DNA of 64,000 nucleotides from positions 5,109 to 69,108 of the forward strand of contig DASXTC010000038.1 in the NCBI GenBank assembly GCA_036505635.1, in the 5' to 3' direction. The notes under the pieces are model-generated. The model had not been told where the DNA came from and made no database searches. It saw nothing but the letters and a program-made list of their open reading frames with translations. The stretch comes from Candidatus Polarisedimenticolia bacterium (GTDB lineage: Bacteria > Acidobacteriota > Polarisedimenticolia > JACPZX01 > DASXTC01). The stretch's first letter is position 1; every line of letters starts with the position of its first letter. Both the position numbers and the translations under genes were made by a program. Shown here in pieces: positions 1-8,194 of the stretch.

Positions 1-410
1 CGCGCAAGACAGACCCGATCCTGGCGTTTCACTTCAGAGGCAAGGACGACTACATCCTGATGCGCTGCAACAAGGATCCCGAGATCACCATCAAGGGGAA
101 GGACCAGCCCGCGGGCGAGGTGAAGTTTTTTGCGTACAGCGACTTCTCCGACTATGATGAGAAGGATGTCCTCTTGAAGCTCAAGGATCAGATCGATCTC
201 ATCGAACTCTACCGCAAGGGCGCCATCGAGGCTCTCTCTTTTCATTCCTGGGGCGAGTTCACCAAGTGGCTGGATACTCTCGACGAGAACGGCGTGCAGA
301 TCTCTCTGAAGCTTCCCTGCCTCGTCTATCGCGCGGTGAAGAACCAGACGCCTTCGATGCAGAACTTCATCGTCGAGGCGATCAAGAAAAGCCTCAAGAC
401 CGAAGGTTGA
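1..410 (+). CDS. hypothetical protein, 5'-truncated at window edge
   Basis: Frame of ORF 60..410 is open back to base 3 (no stop), so the gene starts upstream of the window. Globular-looking sequence. Noticeably lower GC than neighbours. No recognisable motif. Confidence 0.45.
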   Translation, partial: RKTDPILAFHFRGKDDYILMRCNKDPEITIKGKDQPAGEVKFFAYSDFSDYDEKDVLLKLKDQIDLIELYRKGAIEALSFHSWGEFTKWLDTLDENGVQISLKLPCLVYRAVKNQTPSMQNFIVEAIKKSLKTEG

Positions 411-418
411 TTCGCGGC

Positions 419-2242
419 GTGTCGCACCTCCGGCTCGCGCTCCCCGCGCTCCTGACCCTCGCCCTCTCCGTCGCGCCGGCCGCCGAGCCGCCGGCTCCCG
501 CCCCGGAGCGCGTCGAGATCATGCCGCTGTCCGAGGTCCGCCCCGGGATGCGGGCGACCGCGCGCACCGTCTTCGAAGGGGACCGCAGCGAGGAGTTCCA
601 GGCCGAGATCCTCGGCGTGATGGACAACTCCCTCGGCCCGGGACAGAGCCTGATCCTCGCGCGCCTCACGGGCCCGCGCGTGGAGTTCACGGGGGTGGCG
701 GCGGGGATGAGCGGCAGCCCGGTCTACGTCGAAGGGCGCCTCGTCGGGGCCATCTCATATCGGCTGGGCACGTTCCTCAAGGAGGCGATCGCCGGCGTGA
801 CGCCGATCGAGTACATGCTGGAGCTCGGCTCGGATGAAGGAGCCGGAGCAGCCGTCGCCTCGCTTCCCTCGCCCGAATCGTTCCTGCGCGATCCGGGCGC
901 GTTCGCCGGGAGGCTGGAGCCGATCGAGGCTCCGGTGGTCGCCGTCGGGGCGCCGGCCCGCGCCCTGCAGCTTTTCGCGGAGGATCTGGCCCGGCTGGGG
1001 CTCGGCACGGTCGTCCCGGGGGGTGCGGCCGGCCCGACCACGGGGGGTGGACCGGCGCCGGGCTCGAACCCCGTGCGCCCCGGGGATCCGATCGCGATGC
1101 AGCTCGCCACCGGGGACATCTCCATGGGCGCCACGGGCACCGTCACGCACGTGGACGGAAACAGGCTCTACGCCTTCGGGCACCCGGGGTTCCTTTACGG
1201 CGCGGCCGATGTGCCGATGGCGCGCGCGGAGATCTACCTCACGCTCGCCTCGGTGCAGGCTTCCACCAAGATGGGCCGCACTCTCGACACGATCGGGACC
1301 TTCACCCAGAGTCGCCTGCCCGGCATCGCCGGCGTCATGGGCCCCGTTCCCAGAATGCTCCCGCTCACCGTGCGAATGGGGGGCCTCGACATGGCCGGCG
1401 CGGCAAGCCCGGGCGCCGCGGCGGCTCCCGAGAGGGTGTTCCATTACGAGGTGCTCGACCATCGCGACTTCACGCCGCTGCTGGTGGCGTTCCTGACGGC
1501 CTCGAGCCTCTTCAACACGCCCTGGTACGCCGATGAGATGACCCTCTCGCTGTCGGGGCGGATCGGCCTCGAGGGACACCCCGACCTGATCCTCAACGAC
1601 CTCTATACGGGCATCGCGGCGAGCCAGCCCGCGCTGGTGGACCTGACGCGGGACGTCCAGTCGCTCTTCGGCGCCGTCTTCCAGAACCGCTTCGAGCGTG
1701 CGAAGGTCCGGTCGATCGATCTGAAGATCGATACCGTGGAGCGGGCCAGGCTGAGCTTCGTGGAAGGGGTCTATCCGACGCGCACGGAGGTCGACCCGGG
1801 CGAGGAGGTCGAGTTCCGGGTGCTGATCCGCCCCTTCCGCGGCGACGCCTACACGCGCAAGTTCGTCTACCGGGTCCCGGAGGGGTGTCCCGAGGGAACG
1901 CTCAACGTCTTTGTCGGTGGAGCCAACCTGATGGGTGCGAGCGAACGCAATCTGCTCGGGCGCCAGGTGAGCCAGGCCGACAACCTGGATCAGCTCATCA
2001 CGCTCATCAACCGCCTGCGCACCAGCGACAAGCTCTACATGAAGCTCACGCGCCGGATCGGCGGCGCGGTGGTGCTGAGCGAGGTGATGCCGGCGCTCCC
2101 CCCCTCGGTGCTGGCGACGCTCGTGGGAAACCGCGGCTCGGGCGAGGTGACTCCGCTGGCCGAGACGACCCTGCATGAAGAGGAAATCCCCCTTGGCCAG
2201 ATCATCGTCGGTGGGACGATGATTCCGCTCAACGTCAGATGA
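419..2242 (+). CDS. secreted serine peptidase, S55 (SpoIVB-like) family
   Basis: ORF 266..2242. Probable start at GTG 419 or TTG 407, immediately after the stop of the upstream ORF. N-terminal signal-peptide-like LRLALPALLTLALSVAPAAEP. GMSGSPVYVEGRLVGAIS matches the S55 catalytic Ser motif as I recall it (GMSGSP), and the His-containing THVDGNRLYAFGHPGF segment fits. Start codon uncertain (ATG 521 would give no signal peptide). Confidence 0.55.
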   Translation: MSHLRLALPALLTLALSVAPAAEPPAPAPERVEIMPLSEVRPGMRATARTVFEGDRSEEFQAEILGVMDNSLGPGQSLILARLTGPRVEFTGVAAGMSGSPVYVEGRLVGAISYRLGTFLKEAIAGVTPIEYMLELGSDEGAGAAVASLPSPESFLRDPGAFAGRLEPIEAPVVAVGAPARALQLFAEDLARLGLGTVVPGGAAGPTTGGGPAPGSNPVRPGDPIAMQLATGDISMGATGTVTHVDGNRLYAFGHPGFLYGAADVPMARAEIYLTLASVQASTKMGRTLDTIGTFTQSRLPGIAGVMGPVPRMLPLTVRMGGLDMAGAASPGAAAAPERVFHYEVLDHRDFTPLLVAFLTASSLFNTPWYADEMTLSLSGRIGLEGHPDLILNDLYTGIAASQPALVDLTRDVQSLFGAVFQNRFERAKVRSIDLKIDTVERARLSFVEGVYPTRTEVDPGEEVEFRVLIRPFRGDAYTRKFVYRVPEGCPEGTLNVFVGGANLMGASERNLLGRQVSQADNLDQLITLINRLRTSDKLYMKLTRRIGGAVVLSEVMPALPPSVLATLVGNRGSGEVTPLAETTLHEEEIPLGQIIVGGTMIPLNVR

Positions 2243-2260
2243 CTTCCAGGTGAATCCAAG

Positions 2261-4492
2261 ATGAGATCGCATGTCCCGCTCTCTTCAACCTCCACGCTCG
2301 TTGTGTCGGTGGCGCTTGCCGTGGCGTCCGCCTGGCCCCGGCCGGCCCTCGCCTCCACCTCCCAGGCCTGGGTGCTGAGAAACCGAGGCGACTTTCAGGA
2401 CGTGAACCTGACCGGCGTGGCGTTGTCGGGCGACGGGAGCCTGCGCCTCTCCGCCAAGGTGACCTCCCTTCTCGACGCGGCGCAGCCAAACCTCTGGTGC
2501 CTCGCGCGGGACGGCAAAGGCCGGGTCTATGTGGGTGGCGGCAACGAGGGGAAGGTCTTCAGGGTCGACGCGGCCGGGGGCAAGGCGGAGATGATCTTCG
2601 ACGCCGACGAGCTGGAAGTGCACGCGCTGGCCCTGGACGCGGGGGGCGTGCTCTACGCCGGGACCTCGCCGTATGGCGCCGTCTACCGGATCGACGAATC
2701 GGGCGCCCGCACAATGGTCTTCAACCCGGAGGAGACATACATCTGGGCGCTGGTCTTCGACGACCGCGGCCGTCTGCTGGTGGCCACCGGCCAGAGAGGC
2801 AAGGTCTACCGTATCGATTCGGTGGGGCCCAACGCATCGGGCAAGGTGGTGCTGGACGGCCGCGAGGATCACATCAGATCCATGGCGCGCGGCCCCGGCG
2901 GCTCGATCTACGCGGGCTCCGATCAGAGCGGCATCCTCTACAGGATCCCGCTCGAGGGGAGCTCCTCGGTGGTGTATGACTCTCCGATGCGGGAGATCGC
3001 CGCGCTGGCGGTCCTGGGCGATTCGATCTACATGGCCGCCCTGGCCCCGATGCCACGGCAGCGCGGGGGAGGGGGGAGCGCGCCTCCAGGCGGAGTCACC
3101 CGGGTCCGCGTGACGGCCGACGAGGGAGGCGGCGGCGATCAGGAGCAGCCACCAGCGGGTGAAGAGGGCCAGGAGCAACCGCAACGCCAGCAGCAGGCCA
3201 GGCCGCCCGTCACGCCCGAGTCCTACTTCGGCGCCGTCTACAAGGTGAGCCCCGAGGGGTACGCGAGGAAGCTCTGGGAATCACGCGAGTCGCTGCCGCT
3301 GGCGCTGGCCCCCTTCGGCGACGGCAGGGTCCTGGTGGGAACGGGGGGCGAGGGCCGCGTCATGCTCCTGGACGACACCGGCAGCGTCACCGATTTCGTG
3401 GCGGTGCAGGCGCAGCAAGTCAACGCGTTGATCCCCGCGGACGGGGACGGCTTCATCGCCGCGGCCAGCAACCTCGGGCAGGTCTTCCGGGTCGACCCTG
3501 CCGCGGCTCGCGACGGGTCGGTTGTCTCCAAGTCGTACGACGCGGGTTTCACCTCTTCGTGGGGGGCAATCTCGTGGATCGCCGAGGCGTCCGCCGGATC
3601 CTCGGTGGTGTTCAGCGTCCGCACCGGCAACACCGAGGAGCCGGACGATTCATGGTCTCAATGGTCCCCCGATTACACCGAGTCCGGCGGCACCGTGATC
3701 GAGCGGCCGCGCGCGCGCTATCTCCAGTGGAAGGCGATGCTGAAGGCCGGGCGGGGAGGGGAGAGCCTCGTCCTGCGCAACATCCAGATCAACTACCTGC
3801 AGGACAACCTTCCCCCCGAGATCTCCGCCGTCGAGGTTCTTCCGGCGGGGGTCGTGCTGAACTCGACGGGTGCCGGTGGCGAAGGGGCGGAGGGAGGCCC
3901 ACCGGGGCGTCGCCCGCAGAGCCAGGCCCGCCGGTCCTTCGAGAAGGGGAAGCGCTCGGTCCAGTGGAAGTCGGAGGACGGGAACAACGATGCCCTCCGC
4001 TACGAAGTCTTTTTCAAGGCCCAGGACGAGACCCTCTGGAAATCCCTGGGACACGATCTCGAAGACGAGTTTTTCTCCTGGGACGCCACCGCGATGCCCG
4101 ACGGCGTCTATCGCATCCAGATCGTCGCCTCCGACGCGCCGTCCAACCCTCCCGGCACCGCCCTGACCGGCACGCACGTGTCGGCCGCCTTCGACGTGGA
4201 CAACACGCCGCCGGTGGTGGGCGCCATCGAGGCGCGCCTGCGGTCTCGATCTGCGGAGGTGAAGGTGACGGTGAGCGACTCGTTCTCCGTGGTGGGCGAC
4301 GTCGCCTACTCGCTCGACGCGGACGACTGGATCACCGTGCTGCCCGACGACCGGATCGCCGACTCGATGAAGGAGTCGTACAGCTTCCGGACGCCAGAGC
4401 TGGCCCCGGGCGAGCACACCATCACCGTGCGGGCACGGGACCGGGCCGGCAACACGGCGGCCAACAAGGTCGTACTGAGGGTGGAGAAGTAG
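2261..4492 (+). CDS. secreted beta-propeller repeat protein (two-component-regulator-propeller/Y_Y_Y-like) with C-terminal Ig/FN3-like domains
   Basis: 743-aa ORF with a signal peptide (LVVSVALAVASAWPRPALAS). Repeated G-x-V[YF]R[IV]D blade motifs (GKVFRVD, GAVYRID, GKVYRID, GILYRIP, GQVFRVD). A Gly/Gln/Glu-rich low-complexity insert at about 3060-3210. C-terminal beta-sandwich-like repeats. Sits 19 nt after the peptidase gene on the same strand. Confidence 0.7.
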   Translation: MRSHVPLSSTSTLVVSVALAVASAWPRPALASTSQAWVLRNRGDFQDVNLTGVALSGDGSLRLSAKVTSLLDAAQPNLWCLARDGKGRVYVGGGNEGKVFRVDAAGGKAEMIFDADELEVHALALDAGGVLYAGTSPYGAVYRIDESGARTMVFNPEETYIWALVFDDRGRLLVATGQRGKVYRIDSVGPNASGKVVLDGREDHIRSMARGPGGSIYAGSDQSGILYRIPLEGSSSVVYDSPMREIAALAVLGDSIYMAALAPMPRQRGGGGSAPPGGVTRVRVTADEGGGGDQEQPPAGEEGQEQPQRQQQARPPVTPESYFGAVYKVSPEGYARKLWESRESLPLALAPFGDGRVLVGTGGEGRVMLLDDTGSVTDFVAVQAQQVNALIPADGDGFIAAASNLGQVFRVDPAAARDGSVVSKSYDAGFTSSWGAISWIAEASAGSSVVFSVRTGNTEEPDDSWSQWSPDYTESGGTVIERPRARYLQWKAMLKAGRGGESLVLRNIQINYLQDNLPPEISAVEVLPAGVVLNSTGAGGEGAEGGPPGRRPQSQARRSFEKGKRSVQWKSEDGNNDALRYEVFFKAQDETLWKSLGHDLEDEFFSWDATAMPDGVYRIQIVASDAPSNPPGTALTGTHVSAAFDVDNTPPVVGAIEARLRSRSAEVKVTVSDSFSVVGDVAYSLDADDWITVLPDDRIADSMKESYSFRTPELAPGEHTITVRARDRAGNTAANKVVLRVEK

Positions 4493-5170
4493 TCAGAGCG
4501 ACGCTTCCAGGAACCGGATGAGGCCCTCGCGGGATCGCGGGTCGGTCTCGAGGAACTGGATACCGCACCCCGGGCCCGATTCGGCCGACTCTTCGACCCT
4601 CGCCACCTCGCCCAGCACCTGGATCTCGTGCTGAATGCCGGGGAGCCTGAACCTCAGATAGAGCGGGGTGCCGGGCGAGAAATGCCTCGTGGCGGTGAGG
4701 AAGACGCCGCTCACGCTGATGTCCCTCAGCTCGCCCGCGAGGACATCGGAGCCCTCCGTGATCCCCACGGTCAGCTTGCAGGGCACGCGGATGCCGCGGC
4801 GCCGGGGCACCCCCAGGGCCTTCGCGACCTCTTCGAGAAGAGCCTCGCCACCGGCGGCCTTGTTGACGAACCCGACCGCGCCGGCCTGCCTGCACGCGCG
4901 AATAGTCTCCTCATCCTCGTGGGTGCTGAAGATGAGGACCGGGATGTCGGTTGTCAGAGGGTCCGCCTTCAGCCACTGGCAGAGCTCCGCCCCGGTCATC
5001 TCGGGCATCTCGAAGTCCAGAACGATCAGGTCGGGCCGGGCGACCATCGCCAGCTCACGCGCCTCGATGGCCGACGAGGCCACGAAGACCTTGAGGTTCC
5101 GGCCTTCCAGGAAGTCCTTCTCATGCGCGAGCGCCAGCCTCGTGTCATCGGCCAGGAGGACTTTGTACAT
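4493..5170 (-). CDS. response regulator, receiver domain fused to PilZ (c-di-GMP binding) domain
   Basis: 225 aa. N-terminal REC with LLADD and LIVLDFEMPEMTG (phospho-acceptor Asp). C-terminal PilZ with RxxxR (PRRRGIR) and DISVSGVFL (D/NxSxxG) motifs. Confidence 0.85.
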   Translation of the reverse strand: MYKVLLADDTRLALAHEKDFLEGRNLKVFVASSAIEARELAMVARPDLIVLDFEMPEMTGAELCQWLKADPLTTDIPVLIFSTHEDEETIRACRQAGAVGFVNKAAGGEALLEEVAKALGVPRRRGIRVPCKLTVGITEGSDVLAGELRDISVSGVFLTATRHFSPGTPLYLRFRLPGIQHEIQVLGEVARVEESAESGPGCGIQFLETDPRSREGLIRFLEASL

Positions 5171-5591
5171 GGCGTGTCAGCAGCCTCGTGGTGTGTGGGG
5201 TCTGAATGTCTCGATGCGGCGGCGCCTCTGGAGACGTCGCCCGTGTAATGTTGTGTGCCGGGAGGGGACAGGCAAGTCACGGGAGTGTCGGCTCTGGAGG
5301 CCGAGTCCGGGCTCTGAGTGGGAGAATCACCGATTCCGGGCCGCGGGGGAACCGGGCGCTGAACTTGGAGGAAGAGAGGGCCGGGCGCGGCGACCCTTTG
5401 GATCGCGTCGCCGCAACCCTCTGGGCGCACGGGGGTCGCGGCCTCATCCGTCGTCGCTCGTCGTCGACGACCACTCGGGTCGACTTCCTCCTCGCTCCTT
5501 GGCTGCGGCTCGCAAGCCCCGTGCGCGCGGCCCAAGCCATTACTCGGACACACTCCTAGCGGTGCCCCTGACTGAAAGGCTTCGTGCCTCT

Positions 5592-6527
5592 CTAGAATCT
5601 CCGGCCGAGCGAGATGTAGGGCTCCTCGTATTTTCGCGTCGAACGGCCCCAGAGCCAGTGGTTGTAGCCGAGCTCCACCCACCACAACCGCTGCGAACCG
5701 ACGCTGAGCAGGAAGCCGGCTCCGAGCACCTGTCGACTGGCGTCCGGGAAGCAGTTGGTCGCCGAGCAGCCGAAGCGGTCGTCCTCCTGCCGCTTCAGTG
5801 AGTTGTTGCCCACGCTGTCGACCCAGTTGAAGGTCCCCTTGAGGACCAGCCTGTCCCACGGCAGGGGATAGCCGAGCTCGAGGTACAAGGGCATCTCGTC
5901 GGCGAGGTTTCCCGTGCGGTAGGTGTAACCGACCTCCATGTTGAACCAGCCGCTCCCGAACATCGAGCGGCTCGCAATGAAGCTGAGGCCGTAGTCCTCA
6001 CCGAGGAGACCGCGCCACTCCGAGTCGTTGGCCTGAAGGACCGCCTCGGTCGTGTCGCCGTCGCCGTCGAGATCGTCCTCATCGGGCAGGTACGTGTGCC
6101 GGTCGTAGGTGCCGGCCTGGTCGTAGAGGATCGAGGTCCGGACGTTCAAAGCGACGGCCATCGGCCAGGTCCCCTCGTGCACCCGGTATTTGAATCCGAG
6201 GAATGCCTCGGACATGCCGCGGTTGACCTCGTAGTTCCCCGGCGGGCCCTCGGCCCCGTCGAGGTAGAGCACGGCGTAGCGCAGCGAGACCCGGTGCCCG
6301 AGCCCCATCTCGCCCCCCAGGTACCCGTAGCGGAACAGGTGCCAGCTCCCGTTCTCCACCGTCTTGCCCTCGGCGGTCCAGGAGTGATCCGCGAACTTCC
6401 TGCTGTAGCCGAACTGAAAGTCACCGTCGCCCTCCTCGGGCACCCAGCCGCCGCCGGCGAACGCTGCCGAAACGGCAAAGCTGAAGACCCCGACGACGCA
6501 TGCCAGACTTCCCCTGCTCATCAACAT
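5592..6527 (-). CDS. outer-membrane beta-barrel protein
   Basis: ORF 5592..6665. Preferred start is ATG 6527 (MLMSRGSLACVVGVFSFAVSAAFA signal peptide; GGAG 8 nt upstream). Alternating amphipathic beta-strand pattern, Gly/Tyr/Trp-rich, C-terminal ...ISLGRRF with terminal Phe typical of OMPs. Confidence 0.6.
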   Translation of the reverse strand: MLMSRGSLACVVGVFSFAVSAAFAGGGWVPEEGDGDFQFGYSRKFADHSWTAEGKTVENGSWHLFRYGYLGGEMGLGHRVSLRYAVLYLDGAEGPPGNYEVNRGMSEAFLGFKYRVHEGTWPMAVALNVRTSILYDQAGTYDRHTYLPDEDDLDGDGDTTEAVLQANDSEWRGLLGEDYGLSFIASRSMFGSGWFNMEVGYTYRTGNLADEMPLYLELGYPLPWDRLVLKGTFNWVDSVGNNSLKRQEDDRFGCSATNCFPDASRQVLGAGFLLSVGSQRLWWVELGYNHWLWGRSTRKYEEPYISLGRRF

Positions 6528-6746
6528 GGATTGCTCCCCCCCTGACGGCCCGTCGAACAAAGCCGGTCTCTTTGCAATGTCGGAGCCAGCCGGATCTGCA
6601 TCTCGTTCGAGGGAAACGGGCGCTCCTCGGGGGTCCGGGTCATAATAGTTCTCCGGAAGGAGCATAGAGATTATGAGGCGCGGCCACGGCGAGGACCCGC
6701 TGACACGCCGATCTCCGATGCTCGAAGGTTCGGGCCGGGAGGGGAA

Positions 6747-7055
6747 TCAGGGGGGCGATTGCTGGGGCGAGGAATCGGAAGAGCCGCCGATCAGTCCGAG
6801 CTTCCCCCGGCGCGTCAGCGCCTTGATGAGGGCCTCACGCCGCAAGGCGCTCGAACGTGACCGATGAGCTTCCTGGTAGATCACCCGGACCGGAAGCCGC
6901 GCCCGGGTGTACTTCGAGGCGGCTCCGCGCAGGTGCGCGGCGAGACGCCGCCTCAGGTCGATGGTGATCCCCGTGTAGAGGGTCCCGTCGCCGCACTCCA
7001 GGATGTAGACCACCCATCCATGCACCCTCACATTATCCACTTCACGTGGTCGCAC
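6747..7055 (-). CDS. GIY-YIG nuclease family protein
   Basis: 102 aa. WVVYILECGDGTLYTGIT...RRRLAAH matches GIY-YIG (GIY...YVG...R...E) core. Compares to small YhbQ-like proteins. Confidence 0.7.
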   Translation of the reverse strand: MRPREVDNVRVHGWVVYILECGDGTLYTGITIDLRRRLAAHLRGAASKYTRARLPVRVIYQEAHRSRSSALRREALIKALTRRGKLGLIGGSSDSSPQQSPP

Positions 7056-7591
7056 GCCACCAGGCTGGAGACCACTGGCATCAGCGTGACCTGCGTCCCC
7101 CCCGGATGGGTCGACGGCGGGATGTGCACGGCGACGTGCGCCGGTGAAGTGATGGCGTGAGCCTCGAGCAGGTCAATCACTCAATGACAGGTGAATTGTG
7201 AGTGCGGGTTGTCCCGCATCTCGCCGATTCCTATATTCGCGACACAGGATCGGTGGCACTGTTTCAGGACGCGGGCAGGCACCCGGCTTGTTCCCAGGAC
7301 TCGTCCATGATGCCAGGAATCGAACCCATTGGAGATATCTTCCCGGAAGCCGGCCTTGCGGACGAGATGGCGTGTCCCGTCAGGTCTCGATCTCGACGAC
7401 GCGACGCTCCAGGATGTCGAGATCCGCACCAGCATGAGGGGGGCCGGAGAGGTCGAGATTGCCCAGACCGAGACGCGCGGTCCGGAGGGTGGCACCATTG
7501 AACATATTCTCAAACCGATCGAGCCCCGACGGCCGGCGGCGTGGTTGAAGGCGCTCGTGGCGCGAGCCCAATCCCGGGCGCCGGCCGCGTC

Positions 7592-8194
7592 ATGAACGGG
7601 CGGCGTCTGCTCGCCGGCGTCTTCACCGCGCTGTGGGCCGCGGCCCTCGCCACAGGGTTCGGTCTGATGATCGAATTCGACCTGACACCCGGCGACGCGG
7701 GCAATCCCGCGGAGGTCTGGCCGGCTGACAGCGGGATCGAGCGCGTGGCGGGCCGGCCCGATCTCCTGATGATCCTCCATCCCCACTGCCCCTGCTCCCG
7801 CAGCAGCCTGGCGGAGCTGGAGAAGATCGCCGCTCGCACTCGCGGGCGTCTGGGCCTGCTCGTCCTTCTCGTCTCCCCCCCCGGCGCGGCCACCGGGTGG
7901 GCGGGGGACGAAGCGAGGCTGCGCTCGAAGAGCATCCCCGGTGTCACCGTGGTTGACGACGTCGATGGTGTCGAGGCGCGCCGATTCAACATCGCCACCT
8001 CGGGCCACACACTGCTCTACGACGCCGCGGGATCGCTTCGATTCAGCGGCGGGATCACCCCGTCGCGGGGCCACCAGGGAGACAACGCGGGCAGCCTCTC
8101 GATCGTGTCGTTCGTCAACGACGCGACGCCGGCTCGTCTGACGACACCGGTGTTCGGCTGTCCTGTCGAGGCACGACCCGCATGCCGCCGGTAG
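7592..8194 (+). CDS. membrane-anchored thioredoxin-like / thiol-redox protein (hypothetical)
   Basis: ORF 7541..8194, preferred start ATG 7592 (MNGRRLLAGVFTALWAAALATGFGL single TM). HPHCPCS cysteine pair inside a thioredoxin-like beta-alpha-beta context (LLMILHPHCPCSRSSLAELEK). Its 3' end overlaps the start of the downstream kinase by 13 nt. Confidence 0.4.
   Translation: MNGRRLLAGVFTALWAAALATGFGLMIEFDLTPGDAGNPAEVWPADSGIERVAGRPDLLMILHPHCPCSRSSLAELEKIAARTRGRLGLLVLLVSPPGAATGWAGDEARLRSKSIPGVTVVDDVDGVEARRFNIATSGHTLLYDAAGSLRFSGGITPSRGHQGDNAGSLSIVSFVNDATPARLTTPVFGCPVEARPACRR

Noticed and set aside
755-2272. 505-aa minus-strand ORF entirely overlapping the S55 peptidase gene
   Set aside because: Arg/His/Gly/Asp-rich, low-complexity translation typical of the antisense frame in 70% GC DNA; no motifs; the plus-strand frame has clear peptidase motifs.
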